Assembly: GCA_973895155.1 (NCBI GenBank) | Contig: OZ316896.1 | Location: 3,224,001 to 3,288,000, forward strand | DNA: 64,000 nucleotides | Reading direction: 5' to 3' | DNA from: Marsupella aquatica | Taxonomy: Eukaryota > Plantae > Marchantiophyta | In this document: positions 1 to 12,994 of the stretch, piece by piece | Layout of the letters: the number at the start of each line of letters is the position of its first letter | How positions within the stretch are numbered: the first letter of the stretch is position 1 | Program-made: the position numbers and the translations under genes | The notes under the pieces: model-generated | What the model was told of the DNA's origin: nothing | Database searches by the model: none | The model's input: only the letters and a program-made list of their open reading frames with translations

Positions 1-35
1 CAAATTTTATTTGGAATGAAGAGACTCATTCTCAT

Positions 36-1717
36 TTGGAGTTAGAGGAGCTCTCATGTGATCGTGTTGCACTACGTGCATGTGCATTGGAAGGAGAAGC
101 CAAACTAAATGATGGACAAAATTTAATTTGGCAACAAGTGAATGATGTTTGTGAGATCATATTGCAAGGTGAATCTCCTCGGGTAAGTATATACATTACT
201 TTTAATGTATTTTGGCATGATAATGATATTTTCTATTTTCACACTACCAATGCTTCTCATGTCTAACTCATGGCTTTTAATTCATCTAGGAGCATCTATT
301 CTTTATTGATGGACCAGGTGAAACTGGAAAGACATTTTTGTATAATCTTCTACTAGCAAGGGTTAGATGTGAGGGGCATATCGCTCTTGCCGTGGCATCA
401 TCGGGGATCCCTCCTTATTATTATAGGGAGGTCGCACGGCACATTTGCGTTTCAAGATTCCACTCATTGTTCACGAAAGCTCTACTTGCAAGTAAGAAGC
501 TGAAATTGTGTTATTATGAAAAGTACTATTATGTGGAATTCTGAGCTATTGGTTTGGTGGATAATATATGAATTCTATTTTTCCCTGATTACTTTTGTGA
601 TGATTGTGTGCACCATAGTAATGGAAAGTGAAGTTGCACGCTTGATCCAATCCGCATTATTGATCATATGGGATGAAGCACCCATGACTCATAGACATGC
701 CTTTGAGGCTATTAGTCGGACACTTCAAGATATCATGAAGTGCAACTTGCCATTTGGGGGAAAATTAATGATCTTTGGTGGTGATTTTTGCCAAGTGCTT
801 CCTGTTGTTCGACATGGAGATCAAGCAGCCATCATTTGAGCCACCTTCAAAAGATCTTCTATATGGTCAAAGATGAAAGTGATGAGGCTAAGTGAGAACA
901 TGAGAGTCAAAACACTAGAAGGTATGTTTTACTATCAATCATTGCTTCAAATGTATATTAAATTATACTTAGTGTGTTATAATTATAATCCTTCTAAAAT
1001 TATATTTTTACTTAGTTTTTGAAATGTTAATTTATTTTAACACTAATAACTTCTCAATGTTGGAATAAGGAAAATGATACTACAGTATGTATAATTTGCT
1101 TCAAAACTTTTGACAACTTTCTTGGATTTTCTTATATATATATAGGACAAGAGGTGCTTGAGCAACAAGGCTTTAGCGATTGGTTACTAGCAATTGGAGA
1201 GGGGATTTTTCCAACAAAGCCTGATTTGGGCGATGATGTCATTTGTTTACCGCATGACTTGATAATGCCAACTGATGATCTTAATGACCTTATTGTTGAG
1301 ATCTATGGCTCAGATCCAATGAACTTCAACAATGTTAACTTTCTAAACGATAGAGCTATCTTGACCACCACAAACAAAGATGTGGATAAGGTCAATGAGG
1401 AGGTGATGTGTGGCTTTCCTGGAGAGGTAAATTCCTTACCACTAGCAACATTAAGAACTTTAAATGTTGTACTTCAAGGAAAATTCTTTCAATGAAAGTT
1501 AGTAACTTTTTTACCATTTTTATTCATGAGTTTTTGCAGGAACATGAGTTTTTGAGTGCAGATTCAATTCCCAATGAAGCAAGTGCTTTCATGTATCCCA
1601 CAGAGTTCCTCAATACATTATTGCCATTGGGGTTACCTCCACACAAGTTGACCCTTAAGATTGGTGCACCCATCATGCTTTTGAGAAACATGAATGGGTC
1701 ACAAGGACAAGCCAATG
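36..1717 (+). pseudogene. Helitron RepHel PIF1-like helicase, 5' exons of the visible portion
   Basis: Motifs FFIDGPGETGKTFLY (Walker A, G>E), VASSGI, IIWDEAPM, FGGKLMIFGGDFCQVLPV, FSDWLLAIGEG, RAILTTTN, GLPPHKLTLKIGAPIMLLRN. GT-AG introns, a frameshift near 410 and an in-frame TGA at 837-839. Confidence 0.92.
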
Positions 1718-3163
1718 TGTCGGATGCCAAATTAGGTAGTAGTTTTAACTAAAGTTTAAAATGGACTAACTATAGTTAGAAGTAACCCCAATTAGAAGTA
1801 GACATAAGGTTAAAGTAAGTAAACTGATGCACAATGGGTCAAGGAGATTAAGTAGGGATAGTTAGGAAGGTCTTAGTTAAAGTCTAGTTGAATTAGGATA
1901 GGTTAGGAAATCTCAAGAAGTAAAAGTAGAAAGTGACAAATGGTCTACTCTGCAGAATTATAGAAAAGTCTCCAAATAGAGTTAAACCTGGAAATCAAGT
2001 AAGTAGATAGTCTTAGGTTCAAGGGACACACTGGCAAAATTTCAGACAAAACAGAGGGCAAGGCACAATGCTGGAGATTTATGAAACTAGAGCTTTGTTA
2101 TAAGTACACTTAAGACGGGATACCATAGAAGTAGGGGTGAGTTCTGAGTACAAAGCAAGTAGTGCTACGGGAGTTTGTCTAGCAGCCAGGTGTCATCATG
2201 GGATTCCTTCTCATAAGGATACAAAATGCAGGGAAAATCTACGTAGAAGCCAAGGAAGGAGCAGCAACAATCAGGCAAAAATTCAAGGGTGTAATTAAGG
2301 GAAATGAACATCGTTCTATAAGGACAATGTGAATTGACTTGGGAGAAGCGAAGGAACCACAGAAATTGCCTGAAGGTAAGGCATGAATTGAATTGAGCTA
2401 CTGGGAGAAACTCTGTGGTGTTGGAAGGAACTCTTGGGATAAGAAAATCTCATCCCCCGAGCAATCTAGTGGTGGCAAAAGATTCAATTTCGTGCCGCTG
2501 CAATTGAAGCTTGGTTGCTAATGCGGAAATTGTTGGTAATTGCCTGAAGCTTTGTATTGTTGGAGTCCGCTGCTGGGGAACTCACTGCTGAAGAGAGTGG
2601 TGTTGTGCTGCCATTGAACTCGTTATGGCCGGGGTTATGGCTGCTGCGCTATTGAGAAGTCCTGGTCCTACTTCACTAAAGCTTGATGCTGCTAAAGAAA
2701 ATTTGATCCTGCTACTCGTTGCTACTTGAACTTGAAGCTGCTGTCCTGGACTTGCTACTAAATAAGAGAAGCTATGTTGCTTCTATGCTGAGAATTGTGG
2801 ATAGAGCATACTGCTGCGAGCTTCTCAGTAAGCTGCTCCAGTGCTGCTGAGTAGCTATGGAGAAGTAGAGCTTGGGAGCTAGGCTGATAGAAGTCAATGT
2901 TGCGGAGGTGAGCTTGCTGATTTATGAGCTATGGAGTAGCTGCCAAGGAGAGCATGAAGCAGCAGCACTTCATCGCTGCTCGCGACTTGTGAAGGGAGGA
3001 GAAAAAAATTGCATTTTGCGAGTAGTCTTCGCGAAAGGAGGAAAAAGGGGTGGTCTTTGCCAAAACTTACCTGGTAGTTGGCTGTCGGCGGCTGGGCTTG
3101 AACTCGCGACCTGCTGTTTGCTAGGGACTTCATTCGGGATACCAACACTAGTAGAAACCGGGG

Positions 3164-3540
3164 GGTATTTAGACCCCATTAAACGACTATTCAGTACCGT
3201 ATAGGACTTGGAAACGACTGGGAAGGACTCCAGTCCTTTATAGGACTATGAGTCGTATGTTTTGTTACTAAAATCAACTGAGTCCTTTATAGAACTGGTT
3301 TATAAGTCGTTTTATAGACTGGATTTTCAGTCTATTGTAGTCTTTGTGTGGGTAGGTTTGGTGAGTCTTTTTCAGTCTTTTATGGGCTGCGATGGTGAGT
3401 CGTTGGGAACAACTCAAAAGGTTATGGAGGGTAGTCTTTAAATATACTTTGTGGGTTTATAAAACGACTAAAGTAGACACTTTGTGGGGGTTTATAAAAC
3501 GACTAAAGTAGACACTTTGTGGGGTATGTACAAGTCTTTC
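3164..3540. repeat. CACTA left subterminal repeats (GACT/AGTC motifs, ~36-bp tandem duplication)
   Basis: Recurrent AAACGACT, AGTCCTTTATAG and AGTCTTT motifs; duplicated CTTTGTGGG..TTTATAAAACGACTAAAGTAGACA at ~3447-3525. Related AGTCTTT motifs at 19300-19420. Confidence 0.7.
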
Positions 3541-4046
3541 ATGTCAACTGGAAATGAGTGATGAAGACCCCACTATACTACTTGGAATGAACTCACTCTT
3601 GTGCACAAATAACACATTTCATTCATGTTTTATTGTGTACTTGGAATGAACTCACTCTATAAGGTCACCATTCACCATGTTAACATTAGAACCTCACACA
3701 AATTTTCAGAAAGCCATCTTCTATACCATGTACACTAATATGAATTCACAGATTCAAACATCATAGACTACAAAGAAGGTCACAAAGCATTCGTCTATAC
3801 CATACACACTAATATTGAATTGATACAAAACAGATTCAAGTATCATAGACAATCACCATAGAGCCATAGTTTGACATCAATCACTTGTTTCATACATACA
3901 GAATTCAGAAATATCAATGTCACACACAACGGCTCCTTCATCCTCTTTACCAAATGGAAAAATTGGTACAGATATTTCTTGGATTTTTCCAAGGCAATGT
4001 CAAAATGTAACACAATTCACATGATTCTATCTACACTTGTATTCAG

Positions 4047-6787
4047 TCACTGCAGACTAACACACTCTGATGGCCAGAGCACAAGAGATCCTACTGCATC
4101 TGCAATTATTTCTTGAGGTGGATCATCGTCTCTATTCGGAAATGGCAAATTACAATCAGATACAATCACTGTAGTCAACAACACTACTACATGGTCATCC
4201 GGGACCACTTTGCCATGGAATTTAGCATGATCCGGTCGCAAAATGCCTGTACCCACACATACCTGCGAGTCATTCTCCCATGATAGAAGATTATGGACTG
4301 GCTCTGCTGTGGCTATCACCTCCACCTTACCCTGGCTGTTTTTCTTGGCTTTCCTGGGTGGCTTATACATGACATTATTCATACCTTGGTTGCGAGTCAT
4401 GACTTTGGCACGAGTGTTTTGTGCTGGTGATCGAGAATTGGCTACACTCTTCTTCAAAGAATCTGCATCCATATTTGACACTTCCGATTGTGTAGCAGGA
4501 TTTCCCTGCGACATCATCTCAGTATCTGCTAACATTGTACTTGCTTCAATTGAAGCATCTACAATCTTACTTGCATCCAATGTTGCTCCCAAGTTTCGAC
4601 GTCGCTTCACCCTGCTCCCACTTGGTTGAGAGTCTGTCAACTCTGCATCAACTACAATTCAATGCATTGTCCAACATAAGTGAATCACTCATCACATGTG
4701 CGCCATGTACATGTCACCATCCACAAAGTTGTCACTATCTCCTTACCATTATGAACAGCCTTCTTCCCCTTCTTTGCCATTGCCATATCCTCCATGTCTG
4801 CTTCTGCTGATCAATAAACAGACCACAAGATTCAGGTTCAATCTATTAACCACTGAATTGTTTCTCAACAATGGTAGGAGAGGAATTTAAAGCATCAGCT
4901 TACCTGATACCTCCTTGGCTATGGTCACTGAGGCACTGGGCACATCTTTTTCATTGCTCTTTGAATCACCTGATACATCAATCATGATGTCACTTCAGTT
5001 CCCAGTTTATCCAACCAATTCTTACAGAAAAGATTACCTCCAACCGGCTTAAGCTTCACAAAACTCCATGCACTTTTCAAATGTAATGTACTGGATCATA
5101 GCAGGTTACTTGTCTCAGGAACCTTTTTGCCATTCTGCTTACTGATTACAGGGTCCAGGTTCTCTGCCTCCACTCTTCCTACATTCAAACCATTCACTCA
5201 ATTCATGAAAACTTACTTCTAACATTTGAACATAGGACACAATGAACAATGGGCCTCTCTTGTTTCAAAATCCTCATTGCATACCTGTGTCAGATTTGCC
5301 AATTCCCTTTTTTGTTAACAAGGGCACACTTTGTACAATGTTGCCCTCATTGTTTGGTTGGGAACCACCCAATTTTTCAATCACAAGCTTGAAATTAGAT
5401 TCCACTGATGCAAGAAGGTTCGCTACAGATGCCTCCACAATATCCAAACGATCAGCCAATTTACTTTCCACTCGAGGGAGTCCACACTCTAATGACTTCA
5501 ACCGTTCAGACATCTCTGTGAGAGTTGTAACAGTTCCCTGTCATAACACAGTTTACATATCTCAGATAATTGTCCCCAAGAACTGGTTGCTTACTTCCTA
5601 CTACAATTCTTTCTGATGCTCAAGGCCAAATAGTCACAGAACATATAGAATTACAACATAATCACCTGTTTGGAAGTCACACTTGTCACCTCACTCCTTT
5701 GTTTCATGAACTCCTCTCTCACTTCTTGTGCTGATGGTTCTTCACCTGTCAATTTCTTCTGCAGTCCACATCAACATACATATGAATGAAACCAAGTGTT
5801 GATTGTCAATGAAAATGTAATAATGGTAGCAAGATGATAAGTTTGAGGCTTACTATCAGGCATGTCACTGCCTTACCAATTGTTCTTTCACTGGAGCATA
5901 ACTTCCTCTCCCAGCCTGTGAAAGGTGTTTCACTTTGCCTCGAGCATTTGACATCAGTTCACTCTTGCTCTGTCCAGCCTCCGACATGAACCCTTTGATT
6001 AACTGTGTCCATTGATCCAGTTCCAATGATGGGGGTGGTGGCATTCTCCTGTTAGAACCATTGTCTATCCACATCCTTTTCAACCTATGCCTTTCTTGTT
6101 TCAAAATCCTCATTGCATAATCTGATATGCAATCTTCAACTGGGCCCTTACCATCATTACCAACATAGTCCCACCGTTCAAGAATGTCCTTGCAGATAGC
6201 AGCCCAATCAGCTTTGTTCTGACTCCTAAACTCTGTAATGCTCAAATCTAACCAACGCAATACTTCTCCTCTTAGGTCAGAATGCCAACGGTTCTTACCA
6301 TCACATGTGGGAGTTATCCAACCTTCGGAATTCACTTCTACTTTACCAAATTTGTTACTGTCTCCTGCCTTGGTACTCCCTGAAGCGCTACTAGGTGTCC
6401 CTCCACGGCCTGGTGTCCCCCCACGGCCTGGGGTCCCTCCACGGCCTGATCTCCCCCCACGGCCTGGATTGCATTGTCCAAACCTCCCTGGAGTCCCTGC
6501 ACATTTACAGGATCCATTTACAGTCACTTACATTAGGTAAGTATGAATCATAAATCCTGCTGCCAAATATACACTGGACTTCAGAGCAATTCTGCAATGA
6601 CCAAGTTACCTCTCCCTTGGCGCATAGATGGTTCTGGACCACCTGTCCTATTGCTTTGTCTTGATGAATTAGGGCCGTTTCTCCCGCCTGTGAATGATTG
6701 CCGCCTATCTGAACGTGGATGGCCTTTGTTGTTTTCGTGATTGTCCCAATCAGAGTCTGCATACCAACAGGTACATGCCACACTCAT
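4047..6787 (-). CDS. CACTA TnpA/Ptta-like multi-exon DNA-binding protein (exon structure approximate)
   Basis: 5865-6527 has QWTQLIKGFMSEAGQSKSELMSNARGKVKHLSQAGRGSYA (Ptta/En/Spm signature) and GTPGRGG repeats. 4047-4640 has FHGKVVPDDHVVVLL..LPFPN..IADAVGSLVLWP (Tnp1/En/Spm C-terminal domain). Several GT-AG bounded exons lie between. Confidence 0.75.
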
Positions 6788-7408
6788 GGACCTGTAAGAT
6801 AAAATCTTTGCCCTAGCTACACATCAGATAAGTCCATATTGAGCTAAATCTCTACTACCATCACAAAATCACTAGCACAAGGCACTTACTTGTCCAATCA
6901 TCCTCCTCACCTTTCCATTGCCTCTGTACCCGTCTCTACCACGCTCTGGGTGTTCATATTCATCCCATCCATCTTCTGCTCCATCATAGTCATCATCATA
7001 ATTATCAGGCGTCCCTTGCCAATAACTCTAGCTCCTTCTAGGGTATGGATTATGTGATTTCTCTCTAGCTGCCCACCTACCTGGGACTTGATGAGGGCCC
7101 TGTGCATCCTGCACAGGTGCATTTTTCTGTGAGCCCCCTGCATCTGGGTCTCCATCCATATCCAATCTTTCCTCTTCACCCCACTCTCCAAGCCCCATGT
7201 CTGTCTCCATGTCATCACCCTCTTCCCCCATAGCTTCTGCACAGCACCCACAACCAAACAGGGAGAATCAGCACACTAAATTCAAAGTATCAATCAATTT
7301 CATGCATATCCAACTATCCTAAACATCATTCCAGGCAGCAATTCCCGTTCTGTGACTCTGTGCAGGTAGTCATCCTCAACCTCATACTTGCCAATCGCCA
7401 GCTGTTGC

Positions 7409-10400
7409 CTATTGCAAATCATCAACCTCATCATATTCCATTTGCCCAGGTTCATCATATGTCTCTCTCAATGTTAAGGGGATGTAGTCAGTCCCTGCCC
7501 GAGTTGGAAGTACAGTCTCATGACTAGGATGCTCGAATGCAGCATGGTCATCCAAACTGAACTCTACTTTACTTCCATCCATCCGCCTGTTCCGTGCTTG
7601 GCTATGGCATACCACCCTCCAGCCATGTGACTCCTCCACATCTGCAAAGAAAGCCTGTTCAACTTGGCTAGGGAAAACAAAAGGCTCAGACCATTCTGGT
7701 ACTCTGGACCTAAAATTGGCCAACAAGAACCCATCATGATCACGCTTCATGGTGGCCCTTGGTCTCTGCCACTCTGATTTCACCCATGATCCCTTCATCA
7801 ATATCACTGGGACACTTGTGTTACCATAATTCAACACCCAAATGTCGGTCAACTCCCCCACGTAACCCATCTTCATCCACCCCCTCTGTTCTTCAGAGGT
7901 TCTCTGCTCAAACACAGAAATCAAACCACAATCATATGATACACAATGGTCACCCTGCTCATCCCTCACTCGATAATGATTTCCATAAGCTCTCATCCAT
8001 TTGTAGGTCAGAATAGACAATCGTGGTGGCACAGATAGAAGATACAAATCCTTCTCCATATCTGGGTGATGTCTACTATGCTCTCGAATTGTCACCCGAA
8101 TCCACTGCTCGAACTGTGGGAAGGGATCCTGCTGCCCAGAGTGTGCAGCTTTTTGCATATCATATTCCCTGCAATATGAGGTACAGGCATAGTTAGGTCT
8201 AAACAACACATGACAACCTAAGATCACCCTTGGAACAGACAAGAAGCATCACAACAAAGGCAAGTCAATTCAATCACTCACCTCCACCATGGTTGCATAG
8301 GCTCTGTGTTTGCCAGCACATATGAATGAGCCTTGTCTCAAATCGCAACAGGCAGCTGAACAGCACGTCCCACACCTTCAACAACCTCGCCACTCACTCC
8401 ATCATCTTCACCAGATTTCCAAACTCTTGTCATAGCTTCACCAGACCCAGCCATGTACTCTGTTAGGAATCCCAACGTCTCATCCTTAATGTACCCCAAT
8501 GCCATGGAAGCCTCTGGCCTGTAGTATGTTCTCACATGACCTTTCAACAACTTCATGTATCGCTCCATAGGGTACATCCATCTGGTACTGACTGGCCCAT
8601 ACTGCCCTAGCTCTTCTACCACATGGATTAGGAGATGAGTCATAACATCAAAGAAAGCAGGGGGGAAGTATATCTCCAAGTCACAGAGGACATAAGCAGC
8701 ATCCTGCTTCAACTGCTCCAATCCTTGGGGATCCCACACTTTCACACATATACGGCGAAATATATTGCACAGTCGAAGAATGACATTACGGACTGGTTTC
8801 TGCATGAGACCTCTGAGGCATAGGGGCAGAATGTGCTACATCAACACATGGTAGTCATGTGTTTTCATACTGCCAAGTTTATTCTTTGTAATATGCTTCT
8901 TGAAGGCACCAGCATAGCCAGAGGGCACTTTCAGACAGCTCAATCTATACAAGAATGTCTTCCATTCATCCTGTGTGCACACATAGGGAGCTTGGAACTT
9001 GAGAAGTACATTGGGATTGCTTGCATGGGGCTTCAACCAAAGGTGAGGGCGAATCCCCTTCTGTTGCATATCAGCTCGAACTGCTCCTGTATCTTTCTCA
9101 CCCGACAAGAACTTCAGCAAGCTCTCACAAATATTTTTCTCAATGTGCATGACGTCCACATTGTGTTTGCTGGGCTCGAATTCCTGCACTCCACAAAGCA
9201 AAGAATTCAACAACAGAAACACTAATTAACCACATAGGAGGATTGTAACCAACATCAATCCACCATTGCTCCAATCTAAAATTGCAATCATACAGGGGCT
9301 GGAGGCTAAGTACATTACCCTCCAGTACTCCAACTCCAAGTCCATCAAGGTCTGTCTTTTCACACCGTGTTTCACCACTGGATCCTCAGGTTCTCGATCA
9401 GTGGCACTTCTCTTGTCCCAATCAGCCTTCCTGGCTGCCCACCTCAGGACTTGCTCTCTGGTGACCCTCTGTGGTGGGCCACAAAGCTCTGTTTTGTTGT
9501 TGAAGTGTGCAATTTGAGACCGTGTGTGCCTGTAAGGATGATCAATAGGCAGATACCTTCTATGCCCCTGAAATTTCATACTGTGCAGGGCATGCGACCA
9601 CTCACTTGTCACATTTTTCCCACATGGTGTGCACCCCACATAGCCCTTTGTCACTCGTCCAGATATGATGCCATGGCCTGGGTAATCTGCTATATCCAGC
9701 AAACAAATTGCATGCAGTCTAAAGGTGCTGGGTCGAAGAAGCCCCTTCAGAACATCATGGGTTAACACCCCTTCTATCCACAAAGTCTTCCACTCTTCCA
9801 CTGCTGGAGCCAACATGATATCTATGAATTGCTCGGTCACAGAAGCTGGTCCAGGGATTAACAGCACCATCATGACAAAACACCTCTTTGTAGTCATCCA
9901 TGGGGGAAGGTTGTAATTTAGCAGCGTAACCGGCCAACATGAATAACGGTTGTTTTTGTCTCCAAATGGGTTTACTCCATCCAGTGATAGACCAAATCTA
10001 AAGTTCCGCTTCTCTGCAGCAAACTGTGGCCACCTCTCATCAACAAATTTCCAATGGTTGGAATCTCCAATGTGACGCTGCAGGCCATCACTGCTCTTGT
10101 TATCAGGAGTCCATGTCATCAGCTTGGAAATGGCAGGGCATCTAAACAGACGTTGTAGTCTAGGAATGAGAGGAAAATGACGAAGAACCTTGGCAGGGTG
10201 TGTACATTTCCCTACATTCTTGTACCTGTGCTTACCACAATGAGGGCATGTCAATTTATCTGCATGCTCTTTGCGAAAGAGAACACACCCATCAGGGCAT
10301 GCGTCAATAGACACATAGTTCAGCCCAAGGTTAGACATCAATTTCCTAGCCTCGTACATACTTTTTGGAATTGAATTACCATCTGGTAACACATTTCGGC

Positions 10401-11109
10401 GCAGGAAGGTCAACAACTCTGTCACAAATATATTGGGAACATTGTGATTGCCATAGATGTTCAACAACAACACGACAAAACCCAGCTTGGAGTAGTTCGA
10501 CCCCTCGTAGATAGGAATGCAAGCTTCTTTGATGTGTTTTGGGCCCCCAAACACCCACTCCCTCTCTGCTGCACCTTCCCCAATGTCAAAGTCAGGTTCA
10601 GCTTGGCCGTCGCCAATGTGTGGCTGCGGTTCATTGTCCTCTTCTGATTCCACTGTGTCGTAAAAAGCATCAAGGTCTTCAAAAATCTCTTGAACCATTC
10701 TTGGGACATCCATCCCACCGTCCTCAGTGACTGCCTCTCCATCTCCATCTTGGTCATCCACGTTCTCATGTTGGACCCCAGGACCATCCTCTGCACAGTC
10801 TATGTCCTGCTCTACGTAGTCTCTATGCCTAGCTGTATTAGAATCCACAAAGTCAGCTCTCCACTCTTCATCAGAGGAGTCTTCTTCTGCTGGTACATTC
10901 CAAACCCTCCACCGAGGGTGCCTTTCATGCCGCAGCAGGTGAAGGTGCACAGTGTTCAAACTCAACGACTTGAATCCTTGGCACTGTGTGCATGGGCATC
11001 TCATCCTCCTACTCCTACCTTGGGCGGCCCGGGCTTGTTCACGCATCCACAATTTAGAATCATGATGCCTAATCCTAAATGGGTTGTGAAGAGGCAACCT
11101 TGGAGCCAT
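7409..11109 (-). pseudogene. CACTA Tnp2/TnpD transposase (transposase-associated Zn motif, Transposase_21, DUF4218- and DUF4216-like), two nonsense mutations
   Basis: CPCTQC, IDACPDGCVLFR, LRHFPLIPRLQRLF, GLSLDGVNPF, WPVTLLNYNLPPW, DVMHIEKNICE, FPPAFFDVMTHL, RWMYPMERYM, EPFVFPSQVEQAFF. Intron 9318-9184. In-frame TAG at 8836-8838 and TGA at 8338-8340. Confidence 0.93.
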
Positions 11110-11435
11110 CACTATACACACGCACTCAGCACCCTGTCATTTTATTATGCAAGTGAAAAATACACTTCCTGTTAAGGATTTCACCCCCGACTGTACTTGC
11201 CAAAATACGTAACGTTCCAAAAAAACAAAAAAACAAAAAATATAGGTGCCTGAGTCATGTACCTATTCTCAAGTGAATGAGACAAAATTCCTAAATGTTT
11301 GAGGGTGTCAACTCCTCCACTGTCCTCACATGTACTGCCTCTGCACGTACATCCATGACCATATCAGAGTCCAATCATGTATAGTCATAGACACAGGTGC
11401 CAGGTGCGAGACCGGTGTGAGATGTCCTCATCTTA

Positions 11436-11969
11436 CTACCACATCAAATACGGATACCAATCCTGTTGTCGATGCCACTCAGCCCTGAGGTACTCAGGCA
11501 TGTACATTAAGTCATCAAGGTCTAAACCCTGCTCATGCCATGGTGGTCTTCGATCCGTGCCTACAAGCAGTGGCAGTAGTGCCCTCCATGGTGCACATGT
11601 TGCTACCAAGTCCCTCCACTGGGTACTAATTAGTCTATATTTGCAGATATCTTGTGCGCCAGACACCACAAGAACCCTCGGCCAGACATGTGTAAGAACT
11701 ATATCATCCGCCAAATCAGGCAACAAGGAACCACCTACAGCATCGTGCTTGTCTAACTCATCTGCTGAAAAGTAAATGTCCTCTTCCGACTGTGCATCCT
11801 CATTCACCACAGCATTCACAACACATCCAAGGTCTGCAGGCATTATCTCGGATGGAGCTACACTCTGTCTGGTTACCAATCCACACAAGTAAGCCCAAGC
11901 AGTAGCCATGCACGATGCAACCCGTAGGAGGACCCTACATAGGGCCTGACGGTCTGGAAGAGGCAGCAT
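11436..11969 (-). CDS. F-box-like protein without a recognisable substrate-binding domain (CACTA cargo)
   Basis: LLPDLADDIVLTHVWPRV..DICKYRLISTQWRDLV fits the plant F-box pattern LLPGLPDD..L..L.RV......R.VS..WR.L. Intact and intronless; first ATG at 11969. Confidence 0.65.
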   Translation of the reverse strand: MLPLPDRQALCRVLLRVASCMATAWAYLCGLVTRQSVAPSEIMPADLGCVVNAVVNEDAQSEEDIYFSADELDKHDAVGGSLLPDLADDIVLTHVWPRVLVVSGAQDICKYRLISTQWRDLVATCAPWRALLPLLVGTDRRPPWHEQGLDLDDLMYMPEYLRAEWHRQQDWYPYLMW

Positions 11970-12145
11970 ACCCACCAAAGTCTTCAGCCAAACAGAGCCC
12001 AGCAAGTAGATTCACAGTCACACCCCACGCAGCAGGAAACAACAATCACTTCAACTGCGACCAACCATGACAAGATGAGTTAGTTCAAGGATCACATTTA
12101 TTACAAAATTGTGATTTATACAAAAATATGAGGGACTCCTACTCC

Positions 12146-12994
12146 TCACTCTCTCCCACCTTTGCTAAGCATACATCTCCGCTGAATCTTGGAGGGCCAG
12201 GCCTCAAAAATATCAAAGTCCCAAGCATTCTGTCGCTTCCCTCTAGCTGCTGATTCCAGAAGCCAATCAGGGGAAAGCACCCAAAGATTGTTGTTCATGA
12301 CAAAATCACGCACTGTTGTCTTAAAGAATTTTCTGCATATTTTCATGTATGACAGACCTACAACATGAGTGGAGGTTTCTGTTAGACTCTCCTCCACTGT
12401 CCCACCTAGCTCAACAACTATAGACTTGTACAATCTGCACTTAGTCTCCCCAATTCCTTCTTCTGCAAATACCACACTGAACCCCTTCATAATGGTATTT
12501 CTCTCCTTGCCATGCTCATTCAATATAGCATCTGCACGCATAGGATGGTGTCCTATGTTGACAACAGGTCCATATTGGACAGAAGCAAAGTTGGGTTTCT
12601 CTGCCGCTGCTTCATAGGCTTCCTTTTCAGCCAAAGCCTCTGCAGTGGCCTCCTCACTCTCCCACAACTCATATTGCTCAGTACTCTGTACACACCTATG
12701 TTTAACAGAATCGGTCAGCCAAGAGACTTCAACTACTTTTAGACCTTGGTTGGTAATGGCAGAATCAATGAAGGACCATGACCACTTGTTCATCACATCC
12801 AGCCATGTCCCCGCAACAACATGTGTAGTCTGTGGAGTGATGTCCTTGACTTCAGTCCCATGGAACTTTGAGAATCGTTTTTGTACGATTGACCAACTCA
12901 CTTGGGTGAACCCATAGTGGCCAGGAATCAAAATGGCTTTGATTCCAGCCAACAGAGGCGGGTGGTCAACCTTTGTACGTTTCCTAGAGGCCAT
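12146..12994 (-). CDS. Tandem BRCT-domain protein (CACTA cargo), 282 aa
   Basis: Two BRCT repeats: FHGTEVKDITPQTTHVV..VVEVSWLTDSVKH..EQYEL and LGGTVEESLTETSTHVV..VLSPDWLLESAARGKRQN. Basic N-terminus SRKRTK. Intact, with AATAAA about 50 nt past the stop. Confidence 0.85.
   Translation of the reverse strand: MASRKRTKVDHPPLLAGIKAILIPGHYGFTQVSWSIVQKRFSKFHGTEVKDITPQTTHVVAGTWLDVMNKWSWSFIDSAITNQGLKVVEVSWLTDSVKHRCVQSTEQYELWESEEATAEALAEKEAYEAAAEKPNFASVQYGPVVNIGHHPMRADAILNEHGKERNTIMKGFSVVFAEEGIGETKCRLYKSIVVELGGTVEESLTETSTHVVGLSYMKICRKFFKTTVRDFVMNNNLWVLSPDWLLESAARGKRQNAWDFDIFEAWPSKIQRRCMLSKGGRE

Noticed and set aside
2872-3204. ORFs spanning the LTR/CACTA junction (also 19434-19652)
   Set aside because: They cross an insertion boundary and have no domain; chance frames.
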